Part shown: positions 25,290 to 38,873 of the stretch, piece by piece
Numbering within the stretch: the first letter of the stretch is position 1
Layout: each line of letters starts with the position of its first letter
From: Paramoeba atlantica
Taxonomy: Eukaryota; Protista; Discosea
DNA length: 64,000 bases
Assembly: GCA_977017575.1 (NCBI GenBank)
Contig: CDRNVI010000154.1
Span: 1-64,000 of the forward strand
Reading direction: 5' to 3'
Program-made: the position numbers and the translations under genes
The notes under the pieces: generated by a model
Databases searched by the model: none
Told to the model about the DNA's origin: nothing
Seen by the model: only the letters and a program-made list of their open reading frames with translations

Positions 25290-27517
25290 ATTTGAAACAA
25301 TTCCATTTGAAAGAGTTCTATTTGAGCTGTTAGAAAACTAGACATATGATAAAAGATTGTTCTGAAAAGAAGTCAATAATTGATTTGGGGGGTGGAAACT
25401 CTCCAGAAGCAGCTGTTGAGAACTGGAATAACCCTTCAAAAGGGTAGAAATGGAGATTAAAAATTATTCCTCAAATGATTAAAGTTGGTCTCTCTCATAT
25501 TTCAAGTCTTGAACAACAACTTAGAGTCTTCCTCAACAACCATCCAGCTCATCTCAACAAGAAGTCCTCCCCTAAGGTGAGAGGAGTGATTGTTGATGGC
25601 ATCTTGTTTCATAATTCAACTACTATGAGAGAAGCTCTTAAAGGTTTTTGGGGTAATCTCCTAGGAACTAAATGTTCTTATGATCTAAAAGCCCTGAATG
25701 AATTCCTTGATAACCACCCCTTTTGCTTTTCAGACTTTGAAAAATCTTCTAAGAGTTGAGAAGCTGCTCCTTCAAGCCAACAACACTAGTGCAAACTCTA
25801 ATGGAATTTTTTTCTCCCTCTATCAAAAAACTTATAAAAAATATTAAAAGATGTGAGTTGAATTAATCCAACAAACAGGAGAAAGTATGAAATTTCCTAA
25901 CTCCTTTGGAGAAAACCAATTGTATTTGATTCCCAAGATTGAAACATTTCTCACCCTGACCAGTTCAGACCTATAAGTGTAACAAACTCTAATTATCAAA
26001 TTATAATATATTGGACTCTTTGGTTTTCTGAAATTGCAAGTGGAGTAATCTTTGATACTCAACATGCAATGTTCAAGGGAAAATCAATTGATGCAACTGT
26101 GGAAACAATTTATAATATCTTCTATAAAGTCTTGGCTGATGAATAAGATATTATTCTCCTTCAAATTGACTTTTGCAAAGCTTATAACTATGTAAACTGT
26201 GATGCTTTGATTCACATCTTGAAGAGATTGAAGGCTCCTCAAGCCATCTTTGTGATTGAGAAAGTACTTCACCCCTCCAAAACTTGGTTACCCTCAATTG
26301 GAGGAAAACCTGATTCCTCTCTAGTTGATTCTATTACCAGTAGAACTAAAGTCCAACAAGGCTGCCTAATCTTCCCTCTTCTCTTCTTAATTGTTTTTAA
26401 TTTATTGCTGGTGAGCTTCAACAAGAACCACCCTCTTGAAAAGCTCTCTAGTTTTATGGATAACTTTGAACTACTTTTGAAAAAAGTTAATACCATTAAT
26501 CTCTTGACTCTCACTTTTCAGAAGTATGAAAAGGCAACTGATGCTCTCTTGAATTACTCAAAGTGCTTTGTTTTAACAACTCAAATGTATAAACCTTCTG
26601 GCCCTTGGTCTATAATATCCAAAACCAACTTTCAAAGCAATAAAACAACCTATTTGGGTGTTTGAATAAGTTGTAAGATGGACTCAAAGAAGGATTGGCT
26701 TAAAGTATGTGAAAAGATAAAAGGAGTAAGTAAGGTCATTAAGAATTAAGGAAAGCTCTTTGTAGTGAAAGTAAGAATGATCAACACTTACTTAATTTCC
26801 TGTATGAGCTACTTGGCCTGCTTTAAGCTTATTCTCCAATCTATATCTGTGATAGTATGAAAACTCATTCAAGCTGTCTTGGGAGCTTATATCAATCTGA
26901 AAAGCACCATTTTAACTGCTTGCCATCCTTTAATGAGTAGTAAATGTTAAGTTCACCATTTCATTCTCTTCAACCAAAACTAATTATAGTTTCCTTTCTT
27001 ATCAAGTACCTATTGTGCTTGAAGATATCTCTTAAAAGAAATTGTGGTATAATGGTTTAGTTGATAAAACAGCTATTACTTCAATTTAGGGTTGCAGGTT
27101 CAAATCTCAAAGAAGAAAATATTAAAAACATTATTTTTTCTTCTTGCTCACTTGAATGTGAAAAATAGAATAAGTTATTCTCTACTCTGTCTGCTAAAAA
27201 GCAAAGAATAAATTCTTTGAAAAGGAGTTTAAGTGAATTAAAGGTCTTTGAACCATTTGAATTTAAAGAGGTGAAACTCTATCCTTATTATCTTTAACCT
27301 TAAAAAATTAGTGGCTTTGGGTTAAATTATTACCTAATAAAGTTCAGTGTTAAAAAGAAAGATATCTACCAAGAAGGTGGAAAGATCAAATGCATTGTTT
27401 ACAACTTAGTATATACTCTTAAACCTCAGCTTCAACAAAACCTTACCAAATTTCTAATTCATAGCTTCTCTATAATGGATAAGATTTCCCACTTTACTTT
27501 GAAACCTCCTATCAATT
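25290..27517 (+). pseudogene. LINE family 2 ORF2 (RT region), interrupted by SINE-B
   Basis: Homologous to family 1: WRLKIIPQMIK, LIPKIE, QIDFCKAY, VQQGCLIFP, FMDN. Confidence 0.85.
27040..27360 (+). mobile_element. SINE-B
   Basis: Full-length match; AGATATCT is repeated on both sides. Confidence 0.88.
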
Positions 27518-29922
27518 AATTATATAACACTGCCTCCAAAATATTATGGAAAACAGTATGTTTTTTTAAGCCCTATTGTGGTCTTTTTTTTTTTTTTTTA
27601 CATTTGTTCATTTGGTGGTGTTGTGTTGCTTGCTGCTATGAGATAAAGCTCTCACTCTTGTGAAAGGAAATGATTTTGTTGGAACTTTCTTTTTCAATCA
27701 ATTGATAGGTTTTGTTTCATTCTTTAGTTTGTGTTAAACAAAAGAAGTCCTTTTTTTTTTTAAAACTAATTTTTGATGAAGAGATGGTTGACAAATTTAT
27801 CACAAGTGCTATTTGTCTTTCACTTTTTCTTGTTCAGAGAGAAGATGGCTAGTGTTTTGTGTTGATTTTTCAATTCTTCAAAGTCTAATTTTTATACAAG
27901 CAGTTTGTCAGAGAATTATCAATAAGTTTTCATGGCCAAACAAAAGGACAAACAAAGTTATAACAAAACTCAGAGGTTAGACTTTTTGGAGAGAGTACAA
28001 GGATCAAAGAAGATGAAAGGTTTTTTTTTTTTTTTCTTTGCTTTCTTTAGTTGTTTTTTTTTAAGATTTTTTTTCTTTTATAAAATTTTCACTTTCTTTT
28101 CTTTTTTTTTCTCACTTTTTTTTTCATAAGTTAACCCTAGAACAAATTCTAGTAACTCTTTATCTGACAAGAAAATTTTAGTCAAAAAGACAGATCAATC
28201 TTTTTAATTTGTGAATGATTTACCCTCAATGAACTGTTCCATATAAAGTGTTCTGCAACTCTCACTTTTTTTACAACTCTTTTTGATTTTTTAAGTTCAA
28301 ATAAGAACTATGGAAAACAAGTTCTAATGATGATTATTAAAAAGTTGGAAAATGAACTGCAGTTGAGGTTTTTTGCAAAGACAATTTATAAGTTCTATGT
28401 TGCTATAAAAAAGAAAGAAGAAAAAAAAAACATTTCTAATTGATTGATGAACAATTTTTTTTTTTTTTTTTAAGATAAACTTTATTCAATTAGTAGTTTT
28501 TAATCTAAGCCATTTAAATTACATCAAATTATGTTTGTTTTTAACCTCTAATGAGAGGTGAAGTTTTAAACTTCAGTTTAGTTCAGTTGGTTTTTATACT
28601 GAACTTTAGAACTTCTGCAAGTTCAGGCTGGAGGATGCACATTAGAAGGGAGAATAATCTAAAACTCCTTCCAAGAGAATTTATCCTCAACTTTTTAACA
28701 GATAGGGCTGAGATGTAACCTGTTCCAATTTTCACACTTCTTCAAAAGCTCCTCACTCCAATCAAATCACTCTACAGCACCAGAAAAATTTTCTATAATA
28801 TCAAAAAACTGGGATTTGAACTTGCCCCCCCAGGGTTGAATATAGTCAAATTTACAACTAAACTACAGGTGCCAACTCATTGATTGATGAACAAGCAAAT
28901 TGAATATTATAAAAGTATCACTGATTAATTATCTCCCCTCTTTTATTATTTGAAAAGAAGTTAAAAAAAGAATTTACTTCTTTTTGTTTAGATTCCCCTT
29001 TTTTTATAAAGAAGGTTTATCATAAATTAGGTTCCTTTAATTTCTTTCTCCTTTTTATTCTCTTGTTAAAGAATAAAAACTCAAAACAAAAAAATAGAAA
29101 TTGAATCAAGAGTTTTGAGTTGCCAGTTTGGTGAAGCAATAAATAAGAGACAAAAAGAACAAATTAAAAAGAGTGAATATTAAAGAACAAAGTATGAACA
29201 AATTGCTGAAAATGTCAATCTAACCTTTCTAGCTTACCTTTATTGTTCAACAAAGTTGTTGATTTATGAACACAATATTTGTGATTGAGTTGGTTATTGT
29301 AAAGATAGACAATGTTTTTTTTCAGAGTTTCTTGGAGTGAAGAGGTTCTCTTGGTTGTTTTCAACTTTTTTTCTTCAAATTTCTTTTCAAAATAGCTTTC
29401 ATCAGCCTCAAGAAGCTAAAGAAAAGGAGTTTGAGTGTGTTTTATCATAGCCATTATTTTCTCAAACTTTTTAAGCTTAGCTTTTTTCACCTTTTTTGGA
29501 AAATAGAGTCACAGAGAATTTTTTGACTTAAAACACAACCTAAAAAAGGAATAAAAAATCATTCAAATTTTTTGTTTTATTTTTTTTTGCTTTTTTTTTG
29601 TTTTTTTTCAAGTCCAAAAGCAAAATAGTAAAGGAAAAAGAAAAAGATACAATACAAGGAATGTGTGGTGTTTGGTGAAAACCTCAAAAACTTTGAAAAC
29701 TATTGTAAAGTTGTGTTGGAAAACTTTGTGGATGAATATATTTCAGCCATCTTTTTAAACAATCTTATGGCCTCTGCAAGTAATAATTTGAATTCTCTTT
29801 GATTCTCATTCTTTTTCTTAAAAAATGTTCTCAAAAAGTTGTTTACAACACCTTAAAAGTATTGGATTGTAACAAAAAAAATAGATCTGAATTTTGTGTT
29901 TTAAACCTGAGATTTTTCATGA
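27518..29922. mobile_element. Unclassified ~2-kb insertion (element X, copy 1)
   Basis: Splits the LINE-2 zinc finger (PPIN | WRWCKKEKEFQTHLFETC); AATT on both sides; inverted copy at 31320-33030. Confidence 0.65.
28455..28878 (-). mobile_element. SINE-A
   Basis: 16-bp TSD ATTGATTGATGAACAA at 28439-28454 and 28879-28894; absent from the inverted copy of element X. Confidence 0.92.
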
Positions 29923-30970
29923 AATTGGAGGTGGTGTAAGAAAGAAAAAGAATTTCAAACCCACCTCTTTGAAACTTGTATTTATATTAAAAGTTATTTT
30001 GAGAAAATGGAATATAACTGCATCAAGTTGAAACTTCCTTCTTGGAAATCTTCTACCTTTGTGTGTGGACTTACTGTTCAATATTGCTCCAACTTCTTCA
30101 CTTCAATAGTGAGTGTTGCTTTACTAACACTGTGGATAACTGTTTGTGCTGAAGGATCTCAATCAGCTGAGTATGCTATTGATATCTTTCACAAAGTTTT
30201 AAAGAAAAACAAGCTTCTTCCCAAACCTCCTTGTAAAGACTCAACCTCTGCAAAGAAAAAGAGAGAGATTGAAAAGTTCAAGTTTAAAGGTTTACAAGTT
30301 TTCTATGATGGCTCAAGCCATACTAATTCTCACCTCAGTGGTGCTGGCTATGCTATTTTCAGAGATGGGAAGGAAATCCTGGCTGGTGTTAAAACTATTT
30401 CTTTTGGTACAAATAATGTTGGTGAATTCAAAGGCTGTCTCCTAGGATTAAAGAGTGCAAGAGGTTTGGATTTCCACATCCAAATTGTTGGTGATTGTAT
30501 AATATTAACCAAAGCAGCTCCTAAGAACTACAATATTAGTAATTATGAACTTAACTTCCTGTTGATAGAGATTAAAGCAACTGCTGTTAAATTTGAAGAT
30601 ATTAAATTTATCCATGTTTTCTATGAACTTAACAAACATATTGATGCTATTGCCACTGCTGCTAGTTGATCAATTATGGATGGAATAGCTGCTGTTAATG
30701 ATTCCCAATAGAACCTTCATGCTAGACAAGTGGGAAAAACTAAAGAAGAATGAATTGTTAACAACTCTCTCTTATGGACTAAACTGAACAACCTCCTCAA
30801 ACACAATTGAAGTTATCCCATCTCTTCTCCCTCCTTCTTGAGAAAATTTCAAGGTTTAGTGATTACAACTCAAGTGGTATACTTCTCTAAACCTTTCTCT
30901 CCTGATGGAACCTTGATAACACCTGTAGCCCTCTCTAAAGACCTCCATGATGTATATTCTACTTCAATCC
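29923..30970 (+). pseudogene. LINE family 2 ORF2 3' part: CCHC, RNase H, C-terminal extension
   Basis: VFYDGSS...TNNVGEFKG...HVFYELNKHIDAIATAAS, then FLRKFQG...PVALSKD. Confidence 0.85.
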
Positions 30971-31319
30971 TAAGTAACAAGTTATGTGAAAGTATGTTGA
31001 ATAATGAAAAGAACAAAAAGAAAAGGAAAAGAAAGAAAAAAAGAGATGTAATCTTTAAAAAAGATAGACTTCCTCCAAGTAATGATGAAGATTAACTAAC
31101 TATTTTAATAATTAATTAATTTAAATGTAATTAATCATGTTTATGGTACCAATTGATAAAACCTAAACTATCTTTTCCATCTATATGATGGTTTTTTATC
31201 TTAATAAATTAATGGCATTTGCTGATGTTGAGTGAAAAAAAAAAAAAGAGTGGAAACGCTCCAATAGATTTATTAAATTATTTGAAAGAAAAATTTGATT
31301 ATGATTATTGCTTTCAATT

Positions 31320-33030
31320 TCATGAAAAATCTTAAGTTTAAGACACAAAGTTCAGACCTATTTTTTTTGCTACAATCCAGTGCTTTTAAGGTGTTGTAAG
31401 CAACTTTTTGAGACCATTTTTTATGAAAAAGAATGAGAATTAAAGAGAATTCAAATTATTACTTGCAGAGGTTACAAGATCATTTAAAAAGATGACTGAA
31501 ATATGTTTACCCACAAAGTTTTCCAACACAACTTTACAGTGGTTTTCAAAGTTTTTGAGGTTTTCACCAAACACCACACATTCCTTGTATTGTATCTTTT
31601 TCTTTTTCTTTCACCATTTTGCTTTTGGACTTAAAAAAAACAAAAAAAAAACAAAAAAAAACAAAACAAAAAATTTGAATGATTTTTTATTCTTTTTTCA
31701 GGCTGTACTTTAAGTCAAAAAATTCCCTGTGATTCTATTTTCCAAAAAAGGTGAAAAAAGCTAAACCTAAAAAGTTTGGAAAAATAATGGCCATAATAAA
31801 ACATACTCAAACTCCTTCTTTTTGGCTTCTTGAGGCTGATGAAAGCTATTTTGAAGAGAAATTTAAAGGAAAAAAGTTAAAAACAACCAAGAGAACCTTT
31901 CCACTCCAAGAAACCCTAAAAAAAAACATTATCTGTTTTTATAATAACCAACTCAATCATGAATATTGTGTCCACAAATTGACAACTTTATTAGACAATA
32001 AAGGTAAGCTAGAAAGATTAGATTGACATTTTCAGTTTGTTCATACTTTGTTCTTTAATATTCACTCTTTTTAATTTGTTCTTTTTGTTTCTTATTTATT
32101 GCTTCACTAAATTAGCAACTCAAAACTCTTGGTTCAATTTCTATTTTTTTGTTTTGAGTTTTTATTCTTTAACAAGAGAATAAAAAGGAAAAAGAAATTA
32201 AAGGAACTTAATTCATGATAAATCTTCTTTGCAAAAAAAGGGGAATTCAAACAAAAAGAAGTAAATCCTTTTTTTAGCTTCTTTTCAAATAGTAAGAGAG
32301 GGGAAATAATCAATTGATGATACTCTTGTAATTTAATTTGCTTGTTCACCAATCAATCAGAAATGTTTTTTCTTTTCTCTTTTTTTCTTTATAACAACAT
32401 AGAGTTTGTAAATTGTTTTTGCAAAAGATCTCAACTGCAGTTCATTTTCCAACTTTTTAACAATTACCATTAGAATTTGTTTTCTATAGTTCTCATTTGA
32501 ACTCAAAAAATCAAAAAAAGTTGTAAAAAGAGTGAAAGTTGCAGAACACTTTGTATGGAACAGCCCATTGAGGGTAAATCATTTGCAAATTGAAAGGATT
32601 GGTTTGCCTTTTTAACTAAAATTTTCTTGTCAGATAAAGAGTTACTAGAATTTGTTCTGGGGTTAACTTATGAAAAAAAAAATGAGAAAAAAAGAGAAAA
32701 AAAAGTGAAAATTTTATAAAAGAAAAAAAATCTTAAAAAAGAACAACTGGAAAAAGCAAAGAAGAAAAAAAAAGAAACCTTTCATCTTCTTTGGTTCTTG
32801 TACTCTCTCCAAAAAGTCTAACTTCTGAGTTTTGTTATAACTTTGTTTGTCCTTTTGTTTGGCTATAAAAACTTATTGATAATTCTCTGACAAACTGCTT
32901 GTATAAAAATTAGACTTTGGAAAATTGAAAAATCAACACAAAACACTGGCCATCTTCTCTCTGAACAAGAAAAAGTGAGAGATAAATATCACTTGTGATA
33001 AATTTATTAATCACCTCTTCATCAAAAATT
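31320..33030. repeat. Element X copy 2 (inverted relative to ~27766-29922)
   Basis: Continuous reverse-complement similarity over ~1.7 kb; shared terminus CAATTTCATGAAAAATC. Confidence 0.85.
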
Positions 33031-33099
33031 AATCTAGAAAAATGTTATATTGGGCAGAAATCAAATTGTATTTAATTAAAATGATGTTAAAGAATTAGA

Positions 33100-33696
33100 A
33101 GTCTTAGTTGAAGATGTTCATTCAGTTTTTTCCTCTCAAAAAATAAGTTCCTTTAAGAATAATCATGTTTGGTATGAAGAAAAGGAAGTTTCTATAGATG
33201 AAACCCAATGGGAGAAAGAGAAGGTTAATATACTTCTTTAAAGTGTTGAAAGTGTTTTAGATGTGAATGCTAAGCTCTCAACAAGCAGTTTTTGTAATTT
33301 GATTAATTCAGAATTTCAAGTTATTCTTAAAGATTTTAATTCTATGTAAACTTAACAGTATTTGATTTCCTGGAATATTCAACCTGCAGTAAAGAATCAA
33401 GGAATGGATGAACAATGGTTGAGTTAAGAAGTGAGATAAGAATTCAAAAAATGTTTGGAATTTTCCTCTTCTAACAGTACCAAAACAATTTGGTGGTGTA
33501 AATAAAGCTGATGATATAAGATTGTGTATTGATTTGTGAAAAGTTAATTTGAAGTTAAAGGAACTAATTTATACTTTATTAACACATGTTGAAATGTTTA
33601 AAACAGTTGGTGGTGTGAAATTTTTTACTGAAATTGATTTGTCTAGTGCTTACCACCATATTAAAGTGGAGAAAGATAGTCAACCTCTACTTGGTG
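33100..33696 (+). pseudogene. Ty3/Gypsy pol relic, RT N-half
   Basis: WNFPLLTVPK...IRLCIDL*KVN...FFTEIDLSSAYHHI. Confidence 0.8.
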
Positions 33697-33950
33697 GGGT
33701 TGGTGCATATAGTTTTGTTGTAAATTTAACTATATCCAACCTTAGAGGGGTAAGTTCAAATTCCAGTTTTTTGATATTTTAAAAAATTTTTCTAGTGTTG
33801 TAAAGTGATTTGATTGGAGTGAGGAGCTTTTGAAGAAGTGTGAAAATCAAAATAAATTATATTTCAACCTTGTTTACTAAAAAGTTGAGGATAAATTCCC
33901 TTGAAAGAAGCTTTGAATTATTCTCTCTTCTGATGTGTATTCTCCAACCT
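33697..33950 (+). mobile_element. SINE-A, 5' part only
   Basis: Head GGGTTGGTGC...; interrupted by SINE-B. Confidence 0.82.
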
Positions 33951-34270
33951 AATTGTGGCATAATGGCTTAGTTGGTAAAACAGCTATTACTTCAATTCAA
34001 GGTTGCAGGTTCAAATCTCAAAAAAGAAAATATTAAAAACATTATTTTCTTTTCCTGCTCACTTGAATGTGAAAAACAAAACAAATTATTCTCTGCCCTG
34101 TTTGCTAAAAAGCAAAGAATAAATTTCCTAAGAAGGAGTTTAAGTGAATTAAAAGTCTTTGGACCATTTGAACCTAAAGAGGTGAAACTCTATCCTCATT
34201 ATCTTTAACCTTAAAAAATGAGTGGCTTTGGGTTAGATTATTACCTAATAAAGTCCAGTATTAAAAAGAG
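33951..34270 (+). mobile_element. SINE-B
   Basis: Full-length match to 11037-11360. Confidence 0.88.
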
Positions 34271-34284
34271 AAAGAGAAGAGAAG

Positions 34285-35407
34285 CTTACAGTGTGTGTAA
34301 AAGGATTGAAATTACACTAGTATACTACTGAAATTTTCGAAAAAATCCTAAGAAAGAACAAAATCCTTCCTTAACCCCTAAGGACTCAAACCAAGAAAGG
34401 AATCAAAGAGAAGGAAAGTTGTAAATTTAAAGGTTTTCAAGTGTTTTATAATGGTTCAAGATGTACAAACTTTCATCTGGAGGGTGCAGGCTTTGCAGTT
34501 TTTAGAAAAGGGAAAGAAATATGTGGTGGGTTTGAAACCATCCCTTTTGGGTCTCAACAATATTGATGAATTTACAAGCTATCTGAAAGGAATGCAATGT
34601 GTCAGATTAAAGACAAATGAGATTGAAGTTGTTGGGAATTGTATGATTTTTATTAAAGCTGCACTTAAAATTCATGCCATCAAAAACTATGCTTTGAATG
34701 AATTACTTTGTGAAATCTGTAAGTTAGCAATATGCTTTGATGAGATAGAATTCACTTATGTACCACAAGAACTTAACAAGCAAGCTGATGCAATTGCAAT
34801 TGCTGCAAGTTGGTCTAAAGAGGATGGAACATGTGCTGTGATTGACCATCATTGGGATCCAAGATCATAACATGTTGTAGAAATTAGTGAAGAGTGAATT
34901 ATTTTTAATTCAACCCTGTGGAACTGAATCATTTCCCCTCTCACCCATGATTGGACTTTCCCCATCTCCCCAGGAAATTTTATAAGGAAATTCCAAGGAA
35001 ACATAGTGACAACCCCCCATGTTTTGTTTCTGGCCCAAACTGCTCTTGAGAATGCTTTAATCCTCCCTGTAATAATTATTAGAAATATCCAAGGATGGTT
35101 TCATCAGTTCCTAGTAAGGAACTTTATTGAGGAAGATTTTTGAAGAAATATAATTAACTTTATTGAAAACTTCAAATTGAATTTATTCCTTGCTTTTAGA
35201 AAGCAGATAATCAAGCACAGACCTCTTAATGAGAACTAAAGTTGGTGAAGAAACTTCAATGCATTCCATGTTGAAAAGATCATTGAATCTGACTTTTAAT
35301 TTATCTCTCTCTTCCTTCTCTTTTTTTCTCCCCTCTTTTCTATTCTAGAGATGGTTTTTTTAACTTCAATAAATGGCACCTGGTGTTTGAACTTTAAAAA
35401 AAAAAAA
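34285..35407 (+). mobile_element. LINE family 1, 5'-truncated (RNase H, C-terminal extension, 3' UTR, poly(A))
   Basis: Matches ~22915-24048. Confidence 0.9.
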
Positions 35408-35409
35408 GA

Positions 35410-35510
35410 ATTACTTTGAGAAGATGGAATATAGCTACATTAAGTTGAAACTTCCATTTTGGAAATCTTCTAACTCTATGTGTAGACTTACTGCTCAATA
35501 TTTACTTAAT
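35410..35510 (+). pseudogene. LINE family 2 fragment
   Basis: Matches ~29997-30090. Confidence 0.65.
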
Positions 35511-35514
35511 ATCC

Positions 35515-36115
35515 AAAGGTGCAATTACCCATTTTCAAGCTTAAGGTGAGAAAATGATTTTAGAAATTAAAAATGTGATTTCTTATTTGGATAATTTTTT
35601 AGTTGCCTCTTGATTGTTTGATTCTCACTGCAAAAGTGTAAGAAAAGTAATTGAAGCATTGATAGAAGTGGGTTTTTGGATCAATTGTAAGAAATGTAAA
35701 TTTTTGATGAAAAAATTGAAATTTATGGATCATTTAATTGATGATAAATCTTGCTCAATTAACAATTACAAAATTAAAATGGCTGCCAAGATTGCTCATC
35801 CAGTTATTGGGAAACAAGTAGAACAAATGTTGGGTTTTTTCAATTTTTTGAGAGACTTTATTTTAAATTTTGCTTCAATAGCAGCCCTATTGGAGAAGTT
35901 AAAAAAATTGAAAAAAATTACTTCTACTTGGGGGGAAGCTTTCCAGGATTTGAAATATGTGATAGAACATGTGCTTGTTCTATCTCAACTTAATTGGGAG
36001 TTGGAATTTTAGATGGCTTGTGATGCTTTACAAGAGGTTGTTGGTGTGGTTTTATACTAAGTGACTGAGGATGGTTCAAAGAAATATGTTATGCTATACT
36101 TAAAGACTTTAAAAA
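35515..36115 (+). pseudogene. Ty3/Gypsy pol relic, RT C-half and RNase H
   Basis: SYLDN, CKKCKF, LGFFNFLRDFI, MACDALQEVVGVVL; continues 33100-33696. Confidence 0.8.
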
Positions 36116-36548
36116 AAAAAACCCTTATAAGTTATTTGAAGGGTTTTTTTTTGTTGTTATCTTCCTTTTCTCAAGTTTGCTGTGGTAGAAGACCACCCCA
36201 TGGGGAGCTGAGCATATTTGCTGATAGCTCTCAGTTAACTCTATTTAATTATATTTTCTAGAAGCTCTGACTTGTCTTTCAGCAAAGTTGCTGGAGGAAA
36301 CACTAATTCAACACTCTTATTTTTGAAAAAAGCAGTCCCAAGTATAAACCAAATGATTGCTAAGCTTTGGAAGTTGATTGATATAAAGAATACCTCTCTT
36401 TCCACCTGTCTTGCTACCAAACTTAATCTGTCTCTCATCAAAGGAGTCAGAGTATACCCCCCTCTTCCCAGTAGGAGCCTTTACCTTCTTCAATGAGATC
36501 CCTACCTTTCCCAACTTTCTGAGAGCTATTGAAAGTCAAACCAATCTC

Positions 36549-36869
36549 TTTCTTTTTAACACTGGACTTTATTAGATGATGGTCTAACCCAAAGCCACTA
36601 ATTTTTTAAGGTTAAAAATAACAAGGATAAAGTTTTATTTCTTTAGATTTAAATGGTCCAAAGACCTTTAATTCACTCAAACTTCTTCTCAAGGAATTTA
36701 TTCTCTACTTTTTAGCAGATAGAGTAGAGAATAACCTATTCTGTTTTTCATATTCAAGTGAGCAGGAAGAGAAAATAATATTTTTAATATTTTCCTTTTT
36801 GGGATTTGAATCTGCAACCCCAAATTGAAGCAATAGCTGTTTTACCAACTAAGCCATCATACCACAATT
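36549..36869 (-). mobile_element. SINE-B
   Basis: Full-length reverse match. Confidence 0.88.
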
Positions 36870-36905
36870 AAGTTAAACCAACCTCAAGGAAGATATTCTT
36901 ATAAT

Positions 36906-38220
36906 GGATTGGTGTCTGTAGTTTAGTTGTAAATTCAACTATGTCCAACCTTAGAGGGGTGAGTTCAAATCCTAGTTTTTCAATATTTTAGAAAATTTTT
37001 CTGGTGCTGTAGAGTGATTGAATTGGAGTGAGGAGCTTTTGAAGAAGTGTGAAAATCAGAACAAGTTACATCTCAGCCCTGTCTGCTAAAAAGTTGAGGA
37101 TAAATTCCCTTGGAAAGAGCTTTGGATTATTCTCCCTTTTGATGTGCATTCTCCAGCCTGAACTTGCAGAAGTTCTAAAGTTCAGTATAAAGATTGACTG
37201 AACTAAACTAAAGTTTAAAACTTCATCTTTTGTTAGAGGTTAAAAACAAACATAATTTAATGTAATTCAAATAGCTTAGATTCACATAGGGGTGGGCTCC
37301 TGCACTTGCAGTTGGGGCAATTTGTGGGTTTGAATTGGGCTGCTGGAGAGGTTTCAATACCCTGAAAGTTAGCTGATGTTATTGCCACCTCAGCTCACAA
37401 ACAGCCTCAACTTGACTTTCTTCCATTATCCAAACTTTCAACCATTGAAAAAAAACCAAGAAAAACATCAACTGTTGAAAAAATAACTTTGATGGTCAAA
37501 AAAAACATCAAAAATTTCGATTATTGAAAGAAAAAAGTCAATCAAAATTTTGACCATCAAAAAAATAATTTCAACAGTCAAAAATCAACCATCAAAAAAA
37601 AATCAATCATTAAAAAAAAAGCACTTTTTTTTTGTGTTTTTTTTTCAACCATTGAAAAACAAAGCTGCTACTGGTTTTTTGTTTTGTTTTTCCTCTCTGG
37701 AACTGAAAGAAAGGTTGAAAAGAGTGTTTGAGAGTGAGTTTTGAGGTGTTTTTTAAAGAAAAAAAAAAGAATTTGTTTCTCTTTTCACTTTTTTATTATC
37801 AAATGAATTTACAGTAAGAAATCTCTTTCTGTTTGGATCAATCAACAAAACAGGTTCTTTTTTTTCCTTCCATAACATCATCATCTTCAACTTCAACACA
37901 CAACCTTTTCTTTCAAATTAAACAATCCAATCATCAAAAGAATAATAAATATACACTTTTTTTCCTTTTTCCTTTTCTTTTTTGTTTTATTTCTTTAACT
38001 TTCACCATTTTCATTCAACCAAAAAACAAACAAATCAAAAGAGAGACCACAAAAGTGAACACATGAATATGATGTTAGATTTTTTTTTTGAAGATTCAAA
38101 AGGAATATCTGAAGTCACTTCAACCCCAAAAAATGCCATGATTGCAAGTGCAACTTGAGCTCACCCCCATGTGTAAGAACTACTAATTGAATAAAGTTTG
38201 TTTTAAAAAGAAAAAAAAAA
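36906..38220 (+). mobile_element. SINE-A split by a TIR element (36906-37282 and 38174-38220)
   Basis: ...GCTTAGATT | TAAGAACTACTAATTG... rejoins to the SINE-A tail. Confidence 0.88.
37283..38173. mobile_element. 891-bp non-autonomous DNA transposon with CAC...GTG termini
   Basis: Imperfect ~55-bp TIRs CACAT(A/G)GGGGTG(G/A)GCTC...TGCACTTGCA; subterminal repeats; precise insertion in SINE-A. Confidence 0.85.
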
Positions 38221-38873
38221 GATATTCTTATAATTTAAACTATTATTGAAGAGAAGGGGAACTTGATTGCCAACCAGCTTGAGAGTTTCTGTATCTGGAG
38301 AGTCAATCATAATGCCCATTTGTGGGGAATCAAAATTAAACTCCTCTTTCAAGTCTTAGAGAATGAGTGGATTTACAATTTATTCAATGGAAAGAACCAC
38401 CTTCCCTCTCTCAATTTCAAAGAAGTGGTACAAGTCTCTGATGATTGTATTATCATCTTTTACAAGTCCATTCCTCTTTCTCTAGTCCACCTTATTGCCA
38501 AGACCAAAGAATTCATCTGAATCAACTTCTCTATTAAAGTCAAATATTCTATTTGGATACCAACCAAACCATACCACCTCTTCATTGAGTGCCCCCTCTG
38601 TGGGGTGAACTATCTTACAAGCCTTACTTGCATTGTGGAGATCATTTGGAAACAAGGAAAATTTGAGAAAGACCAAATCATAATCACAAACACAAAAAAG
38701 TATAAAGGAATGAAATTTATTTACATAAAAGAAACACCAACTGAAGAACATGTCCTTAAGAAAAAAGATAAAATTGCTGAAACAGAGAGGGAGGAGGAAG
38801 GAATGAGCAATGGCTCTGAAATACAAGGTAAGAATGAATGAGAAAAGAGAAAAGTGAATGAACAAAAAAGAAG
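38221..38873 (+). pseudogene. LINE family 2 ORF1-like relic, continuing at 53172-~54480
   Basis: HLWGIKIK...VVQVSDDCIIIFY...CPLCGVNYLTSLTC aligns with family 1 ORF1 (NLWGFKL...VVQISDDCIVIFY...CQVC). Confidence 0.75.

Noticed and set aside
27766-33030. A single foldback transposon with 1.7-kb TIRs carrying an RNase H gene
   Set aside because: The spacer is the 3' part of the LINE-2 that the left arm interrupts, so the arms are better read as two separate copies.
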